NCBI GenBank assembly: GCA_049680625.1
Contig: JBAUID010000151.1
Coordinates: 4,738-68,737 of the forward strand
Direction: 5' to 3'
From: Burkholderiaceae bacterium
GTDB taxonomy: Bacteria; Pseudomonadota; Gammaproteobacteria; Burkholderiales; Burkholderiaceae_E
Length of the DNA: 64,000 bases
Each line of letters starts with the position of its first letter. Positions within the stretch are counted from its first letter, which is position 1. The position numbers and the translations under genes are program-made. The notes under the pieces are model-generated. The model was not told the origin of the DNA. It saw only the letters and a program-made list of their open reading frames with translations, and searched no databases. Shown here in pieces: positions 8,934 through 18,566 of this stretch.

Positions 8934-9809
8934 ATGTCTGACCCTCCGCAAGGGACGGAAACCCGAAAACCCTTAATCGAACGCCTTAGTGCCATGTTTA
9001 TGGCCGAGCCTGAAGACCGGGGGCAACTGCTCGAAATCCTTCGAAGTGCGCAGGCGCGCGAGCTTATTGACGCCGAAGCCTTATCGATGATCGAAGGGGT
9101 CATGCAGGTTTCGGAACTGGCGGTTCGCGACATCATGGTGCCGCGCTCACAAATGGACGTGATTGATATCAGTGTTCCGGCTGATTCTTTCATGCCCCAT
9201 GTGATCCAGACCGCGCATTCGCGTTTTCCGGTCGTCGAGAACGATCGCGACAACGTGCTGGGTATCCTGCACGCGAAAGAGCTATTACGTCTCGGGCAAG
9301 ACCCGAATGTTGACGTCCGAGACCTGCTCCGACCCGCGGTGTTTGTCCCGGAATCGAAACGGCTCGATGTCTTGCTAAAAGACTTTCGCCTGAATCGGAA
9401 CCATCTGGCCATTGTGGTCGATGAATACGGCGGCGTATCCGGATTGGTCACGATCGAAGACGTTCTGGAACAGATTGTTGGCGAAATCGAAGACGAATTC
9501 GATTTTGACGAAGAAAGTGATCATATCGTCGCCATCGAAGATAACGGCATCGAACGCCGCTACCGGGTATCGGCGATCACCGAAATCGACCGCTTTAACG
9601 ATGAATTTGGCACCAGCTTCCCGGATGATGAATTTGATACGATCGGCGGATTAATCACAGACCAGTTTGGCCGCGTTCCCCGACGCGGCGAAACTGCCGA
9701 ACTCGAAGGGCTTCGCTTCGAAGTGTTGCGTGCTGATCCGCGCCAGCTCCAAATGCTGTTGGTTGAGCGCGTTTTAAGCAAACCCCCGAATTCCGGAGCA
9801 CCAGGCTGA
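8934..9809 (+). CDS. corC: CorC/YbeX-family magnesium/cobalt efflux-associated protein (CBS pair plus CorC_HlyC domain)
   Basis: Tandem CBS domains (VRDIMVPRSQMDVI..., HLAIVVDEYGGVSGLVTIEDVLEQIVGEIEDEFD) and a transporter-associated C-terminal domain. It holds the expected position in the ybeZYX-lnt block. Confidence 0.85.
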   Translation: MSDPPQGTETRKPLIERLSAMFMAEPEDRGQLLEILRSAQARELIDAEALSMIEGVMQVSELAVRDIMVPRSQMDVIDISVPADSFMPHVIQTAHSRFPVVENDRDNVLGILHAKELLRLGQDPNVDVRDLLRPAVFVPESKRLDVLLKDFRLNRNHLAIVVDEYGGVSGLVTIEDVLEQIVGEIEDEFDFDEESDHIVAIEDNGIERRYRVSAITEIDRFNDEFGTSFPDDEFDTIGGLITDQFGRVPRRGETAELEGLRFEVLRADPRQLQMLLVERVLSKPPNSGAPG

Positions 9810-9826
9810 AAAAAAAGCGCGATGAG

Positions 9827-11503
9827 TTGCCGGGACAACCGGCCCGCTCCGAGCTCAGCTTTAATCTGGCAGCATTGTTTCTCGGCCTATTGCAGGCATT
9901 GAGTTTTGCTCCGCTTGCCCTGGGTTTGCTTCAGACCCTGTCATTCAGCGGCCTGTGCCTGTTAATCTTGTTTCGCCCGGACCGGGCTGGCATGCTCGCA
10001 TGGTTGTTCGGTCTGGCAACGTTTTCAGCTGGACTAAGCTGGATGTTTATCAGCATGCATCGCTTTGGCGGCATGCCGTCCCCAATGGCAGCCTTGGCCG
10101 TGGTTCTGCTGTCGTCTTACCTCGCCTTGTTTGGCGCCGTCGCATGGCGCCTGGCGATCTCAGCCGGTGGTATCACTGGCAACCACGGCAACGGTGCCGC
10201 CGGTTTCTATTCGTTGCCCCTGATCATCGCCGCCTTTTGGGTGCTCGGCGAAATGGCCCGCGGCATTTTACTCACCGGCTTCCCATGGTTATCAATTGGT
10301 TACGCCCATGTTGACAACCCGCTTAGCGGCACAGCTGCATGGGCCGGGGTCTACGGCATCAGTGGCATTGCCGTCCTGATCAGTGCTCTGCTCGCCCGGC
10401 TGATTCACCACCTCATACAGCAGCGGATGCAAAAAAAACAACCCGATGTGGCAATACCGGAAACATCGCTTCGCCAGGAGGTCGGACCCACGACATTCGG
10501 GTCAACGTCGCTAACGACGCGACTGACCCGATCGACGATGATGCCCGCATTGACGATCTTAATGGCGATTCTGATGATCATCGGGGTGTCGGTATTAGCA
10601 GGTCAACAAGCGTTTTCAACAAATGACGGTAAACCTGTTTCCGTTCGACTATTGCAGGGGAACGTCGAACAACAACTGAAGTTCGATCCAGGCCGCACAC
10701 TTCGTGCGATGCGCGATTACATCGCCCTGGTTCGCCAGGCACCGGCACAACTCTATGTGCTACCAGAAACTGCGTGGACAGTTGGCCTGGCACAAACGCC
10801 GCCCCAAATACTGTCCAGCTTAAGCGCATATTTACGGAAAAACGGGGGGCTCTTTGCAACCGGTATCCCGGTACGCGAGCCAAGCCCACAGGGACAAAAT
10901 CCGTACCGCCTGACCAACAGTGTCGTCACCCTTGACGCCAATCTTGAGATCACGGCCCGTTATAACAAGCGCCACCTGGTTCCGTTTGGCGAATTTATTC
11001 CCCCTGGGTTTCGATGGTTCGTCGACATGATGCATATACCCTTGGGCGACTTTGACAGGGGTGGTCGTCAACAGCCCCCGTTGGTTCTAGATGGCCGACG
11101 GGTCGCGTTTAATATCTGCTACGAAGACTTATTTGGTGAAGAGCTCGCTGTACAGGTTCGTGACGGCGCCAATCTGTTGATCAACGTTAGCAACATTGGA
11201 TGGTTTGGTCAGTCCCATGCGCTACCCCAGCACCTGAACATCTCCCGATTGCGGGCCATGGAATTTCAACGCCCGATGTTGCGCTCAACAAATACCGGGG
11301 TCACAGCCCACATCGGGCCAAGTGGCCGGGTCCTGGCACAATTGCCCGTCTACCAACACGGTGCTCTGGACGTGAATGTCCAGCCGATGACGGGCCTGAC
11401 CCCGTTTGCGCGATACGGGCTGTGGCTACCCACCACACTGGCGGTGATACTGCTGCTTACGGGCACAATGATGCAATTGATCGGCCCCCGCAAAACCGAC
11501 TGA
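9827..11503 (+). CDS. lnt: Apolipoprotein N-acyltransferase
   Basis: TTG start. Multi-TM N-terminal half, then a CN-hydrolase domain with VLPETAW, KRHLVPFGEFIP, NICYEDLFGEE. Conserved position after corC. Confidence 0.9.
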   Translation: MPGQPARSELSFNLAALFLGLLQALSFAPLALGLLQTLSFSGLCLLILFRPDRAGMLAWLFGLATFSAGLSWMFISMHRFGGMPSPMAALAVVLLSSYLALFGAVAWRLAISAGGITGNHGNGAAGFYSLPLIIAAFWVLGEMARGILLTGFPWLSIGYAHVDNPLSGTAAWAGVYGISGIAVLISALLARLIHHLIQQRMQKKQPDVAIPETSLRQEVGPTTFGSTSLTTRLTRSTMMPALTILMAILMIIGVSVLAGQQAFSTNDGKPVSVRLLQGNVEQQLKFDPGRTLRAMRDYIALVRQAPAQLYVLPETAWTVGLAQTPPQILSSLSAYLRKNGGLFATGIPVREPSPQGQNPYRLTNSVVTLDANLEITARYNKRHLVPFGEFIPPGFRWFVDMMHIPLGDFDRGGRQQPPLVLDGRRVAFNICYEDLFGEELAVQVRDGANLLINVSNIGWFGQSHALPQHLNISRLRAMEFQRPMLRSTNTGVTAHIGPSGRVLAQLPVYQHGALDVNVQPMTGLTPFARYGLWLPTTLAVILLLTGTMMQLIGPRKTD

Positions 11504-11730
11504 AAACCCCACAAGCGGGCGGGTCGCGTAGAATCGCTGGTTCAATTTTCATCGGCAGCCTGAGGCCGTCCGAGGGCGGGATTAACGAGTCTGGTCACAA
11601 ACTGTGCCCAGAACGAATCCAATCTGTCGAGACTGCCCAGAAAACAGGATCGGCAACAATGGCCACTATAGTGATAGCACCTGGGCGATAGCATCACAGC
11701 AATGACTTCCACGGCAATAACACCACAGCA

Positions 11731-12663
11731 ATGACCACAACGGCGACAAAATCCAGATCGGGCGTAAGAACCCGCACACCAAGCTTTCAGCAAACCATCC
11801 TGCAACTGCAGGATTACTGGAATGGGCACGGCTGCGCCTTGCTCCAGCCTTATGATATGGAAGTTGGCGCGGGCACCTTTCATACCGCCACCTTCCTGCG
11901 ATCAATCGGGCCCGAACCGTGGCGTGCCGCTTATGTTCAACCGTCGCGGCGACCAAAAGATGGCCGCTATGGGGACAACCCGAATCGCCTGCAACACTAC
12001 TACCAATTCCAGGTCGTGCTGAAACCGTCACCACCCGAGATTCTTGATTTGTATCTGGGTTCACTCAAAGCCATTGGGATCAACTCGCAGACCAACGACA
12101 TTCGCTTTGTTGAAGATGACTGGGAGTCCCCAACTCTGGGTGCATGGGGTCTTGGCTGGGAAGTGTGGCTTAACGGCATGGAAGTGACCCAGTTTACTTA
12201 TTTCCAGGAAGTCGGATCGCTTCGCTGCGAACCGGTTACTGGCGAAATCACTTATGGACTTGAGCGTCTTGCCATGTATTTGCAGGGAGTCGAAAGCGTT
12301 TACGACCTGCAGTGGACAGACAATATGACATACCGGGATGTCTTTCATCAGAATGAAGTTGAACAGTCGACGTACAACTTCGAGATAGCCGATACAGCGA
12401 TGCTGTTCCGTCACTTTGATGAATACGAAACCCAGTTTGGCGCATTAATTGAAAAACAACTCGCCCTACCCGCTTACGAAATGGTTATGAAGTGCTCACA
12501 CACGTTTAATTTACTGGATGCACGCGGCGCAATTTCGGTTACCGAAAGAGCCGCTTACATTGGCCGGGTTCGAGCGATGTCACGAGCTGTTGCCCAAGCC
12601 TATTATGATTCCCGCGAACGTCTCGGTTTTCCGATGCTTGTCGATCAGACCAAAGCCGGCTGA
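11731..12663 (+). CDS. glyQ: Glycine--tRNA ligase alpha subunit
   Basis: [61 protein letters not shown]. Confidence 0.95.
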   Translation: MTTTATKSRSGVRTRTPSFQQTILQLQDYWNGHGCALLQPYDMEVGAGTFHTATFLRSIGPEPWRAAYVQPSRRPKDGRYGDNPNRLQHYYQFQVVLKPSPPEILDLYLGSLKAIGINSQTNDIRFVEDDWESPTLGAWGLGWEVWLNGMEVTQFTYFQEVGSLRCEPVTGEITYGLERLAMYLQGVESVYDLQWTDNMTYRDVFHQNEVEQSTYNFEIADTAMLFRHFDEYETQFGALIEKQLALPAYEMVMKCSHTFNLLDARGAISVTERAAYIGRVRAMSRAVAQAYYDSRERLGFPMLVDQTKAG

Positions 12664-12700
12664 TTGATATGACTAATACAAACATTTCAAGTCACCTCTT

Positions 12701-14830
12701 ATGACAGCGCAACCGCTTCTGATCGAACTGTCAACCGAAGAACTGCCGCCCAAGGCCTTGCAACGCCTTGGCGCCGCATGGGCAACAGCATTGGTCAAAG
12801 AACTGAGCCGTCATCACCTGGTCAGCGCGGATGCCAGGTACCAGGTTTTTGCATCACCCCGCCACCTGGGTGCACGAATAGAAGCAGTCAGCCCCGAGGG
12901 AGCACAACGCGAAGTCCGCCTCAAAGGACCATCTGTCAACGTGGGGCTGGACACCAACGGGGAGCCAACGGTTGCTCTTAACAAATGGGCCGAAAAACAA
13001 GGGGTTGCCCTAGCCGACCTTCAGCGCGAAAAATCAGGCAAACAAGAGAATTTTTTTGCTGTCAAGACAGTCGCCGGCGCGCAGCTGTCAAAAGTCATTA
13101 ATGAGGTGATTGAAACTGCAATCAATGCTCTGCCCATTCCCAAGTTAATGCAATACCAACTGTCCGACGGACACACGACAATCAGTTTTGTCCGCCCGGC
13201 TCATCACCTGATTGCTCTGCACGGAAGCGACGTCATTAACGCCAGCGCGCTTGGCCTGAAGGCCGGGCGCCACACGTACGGGCATCGCTTTACCGGCGCA
13301 ACCGTCAGCGACGACGCACCGGACCGGCCCATCCAGGTAGAAATTGACCACGCTGCCAATTACGAATCGGCTATGCGCGAAGCCCGGGTACTCGTAGATT
13401 TTAATGAACGTCGAACCCTTATTGAGACCCAGTTGCACAAACAAGCTGACAGCCTTGGATTTAACCTTGGCAATCAGCAGGAAAGCGCTCAGTTGCTTGA
13501 CGAAGTCACTGCCCTGGTTGAATGGCCCGCCGTATACGTGGGCACCTTCGAGGAAAAATACCTGCAAGTACCGCCGGAATGCCTGATTCTGACGATGCGT
13601 ACTAACCAGAAATACTTCCCGCTGTTCGACGGCAACGGTAGGCTGACAAATAAATTCCTGATTTGCTCGAACCTGCAGGTTGATGACCCATCGCTAATTA
13701 TTGATGGGAACGAACGGGTTGTCCGGCCAAGGCTTGCTGACGCCGAATTCTTTTTCAACCAGGATCGAAAGACCACGCTGAGCGATCGCTGTGATCGTCT
13801 GAATGCCGTTGTTTACCACGCAAAGCTCGGGTCGCAGGCGCAGCGCAGCGAACGGGTCAGCCAGCTGGCCACTCAGATTGCGACGATGCTGGGGCTGAGC
13901 GATCAGGACAAAGCAATGTGCAAAACTGCCGCGCTTTTGGCGAAAACAGATTTGCTAACCGATATGGTCGGTGAGTTTCCCGAGTTACAGGGAATTATGG
14001 GCACTTACTACGCCAGAAACGACGGCGAACCCGATGCAGTTGCCAGGGCGATGACGGAACAATATCAGCCACGCTTTGCCGGTGATGAATTGCCGCAAAC
14101 CCAGGTTGGTACTGTTTTGGCGCTGGCGGACAAACTGGAAACCCTGGCTGGTTTATTCTCTATCGGCCAGCGCCCAACCGGAGATAAAGACCCGTTTGCC
14201 CTGAGGCGCCACGCGCTTGGCGTGCTTCGCATGCTAACCGAAAAGAAGCTGCCCGTATCGTTAACTGAGATGCTTCAAAATGCGGGCAAGTTGTTCAGCA
14301 TGGACGCGGACAGCATGCGTGCACTAACCGACTTTGTGTACGAACGCCTGATCGGCTACCTGCGCGAGGCCGGCCATGTACCGGGGCAAATACAGGCCGT
14401 CGTGGAACAGAGACCAGATAAGATGGACCAGATAAACGAACGCCTGGCCGCTGTAGCCGAGTTCAGTCGGATGCCCGAATCGCAAGCCTTGGCATCTGCC
14501 AACAAACGTATCGGAAATATCCTTCGCAAATCTGACGACAAGCTGTCTGCGCAACCTGACCCGACTTTATTTGAGTTGGATGCTGAAAGAGCATTGTTTG
14601 ACACTATTAATAAACTCAGCGGACAGGTTGAAGAAGCCGTCTGTCATGGCAAATTCACCGAAGCCATGTCGCTCATGGCGCAGGCTCGCGAACCGGTCGA
14701 TCGATTCTTCGACGATGTTATGGTGATGGCTGAGGATAAAGCTGTCCGTGAGAATCGACTTCTGATGCTGCGATCAATGCACCAGATGATGAACCGGGTT
14801 GCTGACATCTCAAGGCTGGCAGGCAATTGA
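12701..14830 (+). CDS. glyS: Glycine--tRNA ligase beta subunit
   Basis: LLIELSTEELPPKAL N-terminus, 709 aa, immediately after glyQ. Confidence 0.95.
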   Translation: MTAQPLLIELSTEELPPKALQRLGAAWATALVKELSRHHLVSADARYQVFASPRHLGARIEAVSPEGAQREVRLKGPSVNVGLDTNGEPTVALNKWAEKQGVALADLQREKSGKQENFFAVKTVAGAQLSKVINEVIETAINALPIPKLMQYQLSDGHTTISFVRPAHHLIALHGSDVINASALGLKAGRHTYGHRFTGATVSDDAPDRPIQVEIDHAANYESAMREARVLVDFNERRTLIETQLHKQADSLGFNLGNQQESAQLLDEVTALVEWPAVYVGTFEEKYLQVPPECLILTMRTNQKYFPLFDGNGRLTNKFLICSNLQVDDPSLIIDGNERVVRPRLADAEFFFNQDRKTTLSDRCDRLNAVVYHAKLGSQAQRSERVSQLATQIATMLGLSDQDKAMCKTAALLAKTDLLTDMVGEFPELQGIMGTYYARNDGEPDAVARAMTEQYQPRFAGDELPQTQVGTVLALADKLETLAGLFSIGQRPTGDKDPFALRRHALGVLRMLTEKKLPVSLTEMLQNAGKLFSMDADSMRALTDFVYERLIGYLREAGHVPGQIQAVVEQRPDKMDQINERLAAVAEFSRMPESQALASANKRIGNILRKSDDKLSAQPDPTLFELDAERALFDTINKLSGQVEEAVCHGKFTEAMSLMAQAREPVDRFFDDVMVMAEDKAVRENRLLMLRSMHQMMNRVADISRLAGN

Positions 14831-15360
14831 AACTACTCATACTCGACCGGGACGGCGTCATTAACTACGACAGTGACGCGCATATTAAATCACCCGATGA
14901 ATGGCAGCCGATTGAAGGCAGCCTTGAGGCAATCGCCCGCTTCACCAAAGCAGGAATAAAAGTTGTTATCGCCACCAACCAGTCCGGCATTGGCCGCGGC
15001 TTGTTCGACCTGGACACCCTTGGGGCAATCCACCGTAAGATGCACAAGGCCGTACAAGATGCCGGCGGTCAGATCTCGGCCGTCTTCTTTTGCCCGCATC
15101 CGGCGGCATCAAATTGTGCCTGCAGAAAACCGTCGCCCGGCATGCTGACCGACATTCTTGAACGCACGCGAATTAATGCGTCAGATGCCATTATGGTTGG
15201 TGATTCGCTTCGCGATCTTCAGGCTGGCCATGCGGCGGGATGTCGCACAATCCTGGTTCTGACTGGCAACGGTCGCCAGACCATGGATAGCGAAGAACTT
15301 CCACCCGGCACCACGGTTCGCGTTGACCTGGCTGCAGTCGCTGCAGAAATGCTTACCTGA
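14827..15360 (+). CDS. gmhB: D-glycero-beta-D-manno-heptose-1,7-bisphosphate 7-phosphatase (HAD family)
   Basis: TTG start overlapping the glyS stop. HAD motif I LILDRDGVIN, ATNQSGIGRG, zinc-binding cysteines CPHP...CACRKP, and GDSLRD. Confidence 0.85.
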   Translation: MKLLILDRDGVINYDSDAHIKSPDEWQPIEGSLEAIARFTKAGIKVVIATNQSGIGRGLFDLDTLGAIHRKMHKAVQDAGGQISAVFFCPHPAASNCACRKPSPGMLTDILERTRINASDAIMVGDSLRDLQAGHAAGCRTILVLTGNGRQTMDSEELPPGTTVRVDLAAVAAEMLT

Positions 15361-15377
15361 TAAACGACGCCCGACCG

Positions 15378-16142
15378 ATGCTCGCAATCCGCTCTGCCCT
15401 TTTTTTACTGTTCCAGGTCACTACCGTGATTCCGTGGAGTTTTGTATGTATTTTGAGTGCGCTACTGCCATTGTCCAAGCGCTACGCAATCACCATGAAA
15501 TGGGTCAAAGCCTGTATCTGGGGAGCAGAACATATCTGCGGAATTCGATGGCAGATTAAGGGTGCAAAAAATATTCCGGACACCCCGGTCGTTTTTCTTT
15601 CCAAGCACCAGTCAACCTGGGAAACACTGTTTTACCCGTCCTACCTGCCCCACGAATTATGTTACGTATTTAAGCGCGAACTACTTTTCCTACCTTTTTT
15701 TGGCTGGGGAATCGGGCTTTTGGAAATGATTCATATCAATCGGAAAAAAGGTAACCGGGCATTTGACGACATGGTTCGTCAGGGTTCCGAAAAAATCGCC
15801 GAGGGGCGATCGATCATTATGTTTCCGGAGGGAACAAGAATTCCACCCGGGCAAATCGGGCGTTACAAAACTGGCGGCTCCCGCTTTGCGGTCAGAACAG
15901 GGGCGCCGGTGATACCTATCGCTGTTAACTCTGGTGAGTACTGGCCTAAAAAGGCGTTCATTAAAAGGCCCGGCCTGGTCACCGTCTCATTTGGTCCGGC
16001 GATCGAGACAGCGGGTCGCAATCCAGAGGAGCTCAATACAGAAGTCATGAATTGGATTGAAGCCGAAATGCAAGTGATCAGCCCGCATTTGTATCAGAAT
16101 GATACGCAGCAAATCCCTGGTTTTGCTGGTACCGGGCGATGA
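15378..16142 (+). CDS. plsC: 1-acyl-sn-glycerol-3-phosphate acyltransferase
   Basis: Acyltransferase motifs SKHQSTWET and MFPEGTR, with an N-terminal TM anchor. Confidence 0.8.
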   Translation: MLAIRSALFLLFQVTTVIPWSFVCILSALLPLSKRYAITMKWVKACIWGAEHICGIRWQIKGAKNIPDTPVVFLSKHQSTWETLFYPSYLPHELCYVFKRELLFLPFFGWGIGLLEMIHINRKKGNRAFDDMVRQGSEKIAEGRSIIMFPEGTRIPPGQIGRYKTGGSRFAVRTGAPVIPIAVNSGEYWPKKAFIKRPGLVTVSFGPAIETAGRNPEELNTEVMNWIEAEMQVISPHLYQNDTQQIPGFAGTGR

Positions 16143-16176
16143 AACGTATTGCACAGCCAACCCGAATGATCAGTTG

Positions 16177-17127
16177 ATGTCTGAATTGCGCGGCTGGGAT
16201 AAAATAATGTCATCCTCTTTCGGGCCGGGCAAAACACTCGGTGCAATACGCTTTGCTATGCAGCTAGTACTACCTTTATTTTCTCCGGCGGAACGCACTG
16301 CCAATCTGAAACCGGTGGTTAATCCAGCGATAAAGCCGGAGGCTAAACCGCCATCGAATCCAGCGACTAACCCTCGACCCGCAAGCGTCAACGGCGATGG
16401 AGTCTTGCGTCAAACACTTGTTCGCGGCGAGCCTATTCCGTACTTATTCAAGCGCAGACGCAGAAAAAGTATTGGCTTCACCATTGATCAGCGCGGGCTT
16501 ATCATTTCTGCACCGCGCTGGGTAACAATGTCTGAGGTTGACGAAGCCGTGGTTGAGAAAAGCGATTGGATCAACCGCAAACTCCTCGAATGGGAAGCAT
16601 TCGAGGAGCGACGGGCCAGTCTGGATACTGCCTGGGAAAATGGCGGATCAATTCGCTATCTTGGTGAAACGGTGTGCCTGCGGGTAGAAGCAACCGGTGA
16701 ATATGAGCCCTGGCTGGACGAGCAGAGCGGGCAGTGGCGGTTACATCTTGGCCTGGCGCCTGAAGCAGCAGATCCGAAAAACGTACAAATAATTGTCGAA
16801 AGCTGGTGCCAGTCTCAGGCCCGGGAAATTCTCGGCCAGCGTTTGACTCATTTTTCCGAACGACTTGGCCAGGCGCCAAAACGCTGGCATTTATCCAGTG
16901 CCCGAACCCAGTGGGGCAGCTGCAACGCTGACGGCGTTATTCGGCTAAATTGGCGGCTTATTCATTTGCCAACAGATTTGCTGGACTACGTAGTTGCCCA
17001 CGAAGTCGCCCACCTGCGCGAATTGAATCATTCCGCATCCTTCTGGCTCGTAGTCGGCCAGCTGATGCCCGACTACGAGAACGCCCGAAAAAGCTTAAGC
17101 GCTATGCCGGAACATCTCGCGCTTTAA
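16177..17127 (+). CDS. YgjP/DUF45-type (M48-like) metal-dependent hydrolase
   Basis: C-terminal HExxH block DYVVAHEVAHLRELNHS, with WGSCNADGVIRLNWRL upstream of it. The start is uncertain: ATG at 16177, 16207 or 16258. The longest ORF (16099) would overlap plsC. Confidence 0.7.
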   Translation: MSELRGWDKIMSSSFGPGKTLGAIRFAMQLVLPLFSPAERTANLKPVVNPAIKPEAKPPSNPATNPRPASVNGDGVLRQTLVRGEPIPYLFKRRRRKSIGFTIDQRGLIISAPRWVTMSEVDEAVVEKSDWINRKLLEWEAFEERRASLDTAWENGGSIRYLGETVCLRVEATGEYEPWLDEQSGQWRLHLGLAPEAADPKNVQIIVESWCQSQAREILGQRLTHFSERLGQAPKRWHLSSARTQWGSCNADGVIRLNWRLIHLPTDLLDYVVAHEVAHLRELNHSASFWLVVGQLMPDYENARKSLSAMPEHLAL

Positions 17128-17177
17128 GTTTAAGCCACAAGAGGCAGCCACAAGACCCGCTCGGCCAGGTCGTCGCA

Positions 17178-17573
17178 CTACTCGTGGTCGCGCTGAATCA
17201 GCTCGATTTTGTAGCCATCAGGGTCTTCGACGAACGCGATAAAAGTTGACCCGCCTTTCACTGGCCCGGGTTCACGCGTTATTTTTCCGCCAGCCGAACG
17301 AATATTCTCGCAAGTGGCCGCGACGTCGGGTAAACCCAGCGCGATATGGCCGTAGGCTGTTCCGGTTTCATACTGGGCAACCCCATGGTTGTGAGTCAAC
17401 TCGATTTCAGCATCGCCACTCTTATTGCCTTCGCCGAATGCGACAAAAGCCAATGAGTAGCCCTGGTCGGGGCGATCAGTGGTGCGCACCAGGTTCATAC
17501 CGAGAACCCGGGTGTAAAAATCGATTGATTTTTCCATGTCGCCAACCCGCAGCATGGTGTGAAGTAATTTCAT
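17178..17573 (-). CDS. gloA: Lactoylglutathione lyase (glyoxalase I)
   Basis: [26 protein letters not shown]..., 131 aa, two VOC half-domains. Confidence 0.9.
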   Translation of the reverse strand: MKLLHTMLRVGDMEKSIDFYTRVLGMNLVRTTDRPDQGYSLAFVAFGEGNKSGDAEIELTHNHGVAQYETGTAYGHIALGLPDVAATCENIRSAGGKITREPGPVKGGSTFIAFVEDPDGYKIELIQRDHE

Positions 17574-17609
17574 CTTGCCTCCGTGATACTGAACAATAGT
17601 CTGACAATC

Positions 17610-18566
17610 CTAACCCGAATTGCCGGCCGGCAATGCCTTTGCATCGGTCAGGCGTTGAGCCATCAAAAAATAGAGTTCGGCCGGAATTTGTTCGGCCCGC
17701 AACGTAGGCTCGATCTCGTCATGGACCACCGCCCTGGACCTGAGCCAGGGCAACAAGGTTGTGCGCAACATCTTGCGGCGCTGACTAAAAGCGACCGCCA
17801 GCAATGCCTGCAGATCACTGGCATCGGTTACAAGAGGCTGAGCGCGGGTGCGCATTCGAACCACGGCAGATTCAACCCGCGGCGGTGGCGTAAAAACATG
17901 AGCAGGCACGTCAAGAACTGAGTCACATCGGTAAAACGCCTGCAACAAGATGCCCAGCCGGCCAAAATCAGCCCCCCGGCTCGCGACGATTCGGTTGACC
18001 ACTTCCTTTTGCAGCATGAAATGCTGGTCCAGAACCTGTTCCCGACACTCAATCAGCCGGACCAACAACGGTGTCGATATGTTATATGGAAGGTTACCGA
18101 CAAGCCGCGCCTGGCCTGGCATCGTGAGGCTGACCCAATCCGCCTTGAGGGCATCTTCTTGAATCAGGTGCAGCCGCTGCGGCGGGTGCCTCTCGCGCAG
18201 CCGGGCAGCAAGGTCGCGGTCTAATTCCACAGCGGTGAGCCTGGAAACCCGGTCGATGAGCTCATCAGTCAATGCGCCAAGCCCAGGGCCAATTTCGATT
18301 AAGTACTCTCCTGATTGCGGGTTTATCTGATCAATCAGGTCACCAATCAGCTGACGGTCAGTAAGAAAGTGTTGTCCAAATCGCTTGCGGGCACGATGCC
18401 CTGACAGCGTGGCTTTTCCCGATGATTGATTATTCAGGCCGCAATTCCACGTAAGTTCGATCGCGCAATTCAGCCCGCCACTCCTGGAAGGCGTCAGCGA
18501 TACGTTTTTTGGCAATTTCCTGGCGTGCCATAAGGCGCTGACGTTCTTCGGAAGCGCCATCTTCAC
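17610..18566 (-). CDS. rsmA: 16S rRNA (adenine1518/1519-N6)-dimethyltransferase
   Basis: RKRFGQHFL, SAM motif IEIGPGLGALT, GNLPYNIST. The conserved core begins near 18410. The only canonical in-frame starts (ATG 18566 and 18560) overlap surA by about 135 nt, so the true start is unresolved. Confidence 0.85.
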   Translation of the reverse strand: MKMALPKNVSALWHARKLPKNVSLTPSRSGGLNCAIELTWNCGLNNQSSGKATLSGHRARKRFGQHFLTDRQLIGDLIDQINPQSGEYLIEIGPGLGALTDELIDRVSRLTAVELDRDLAARLRERHPPQRLHLIQEDALKADWVSLTMPGQARLVGNLPYNISTPLLVRLIECREQVLDQHFMLQKEVVNRIVASRGADFGRLGILLQAFYRCDSVLDVPAHVFTPPPRVESAVVRMRTRAQPLVTDASDLQALLAVAFSQRRKMLRTTLLPWLRSRAVVHDEIEPTLRAEQIPAELYFLMAQRLTDAKALPAGNSG

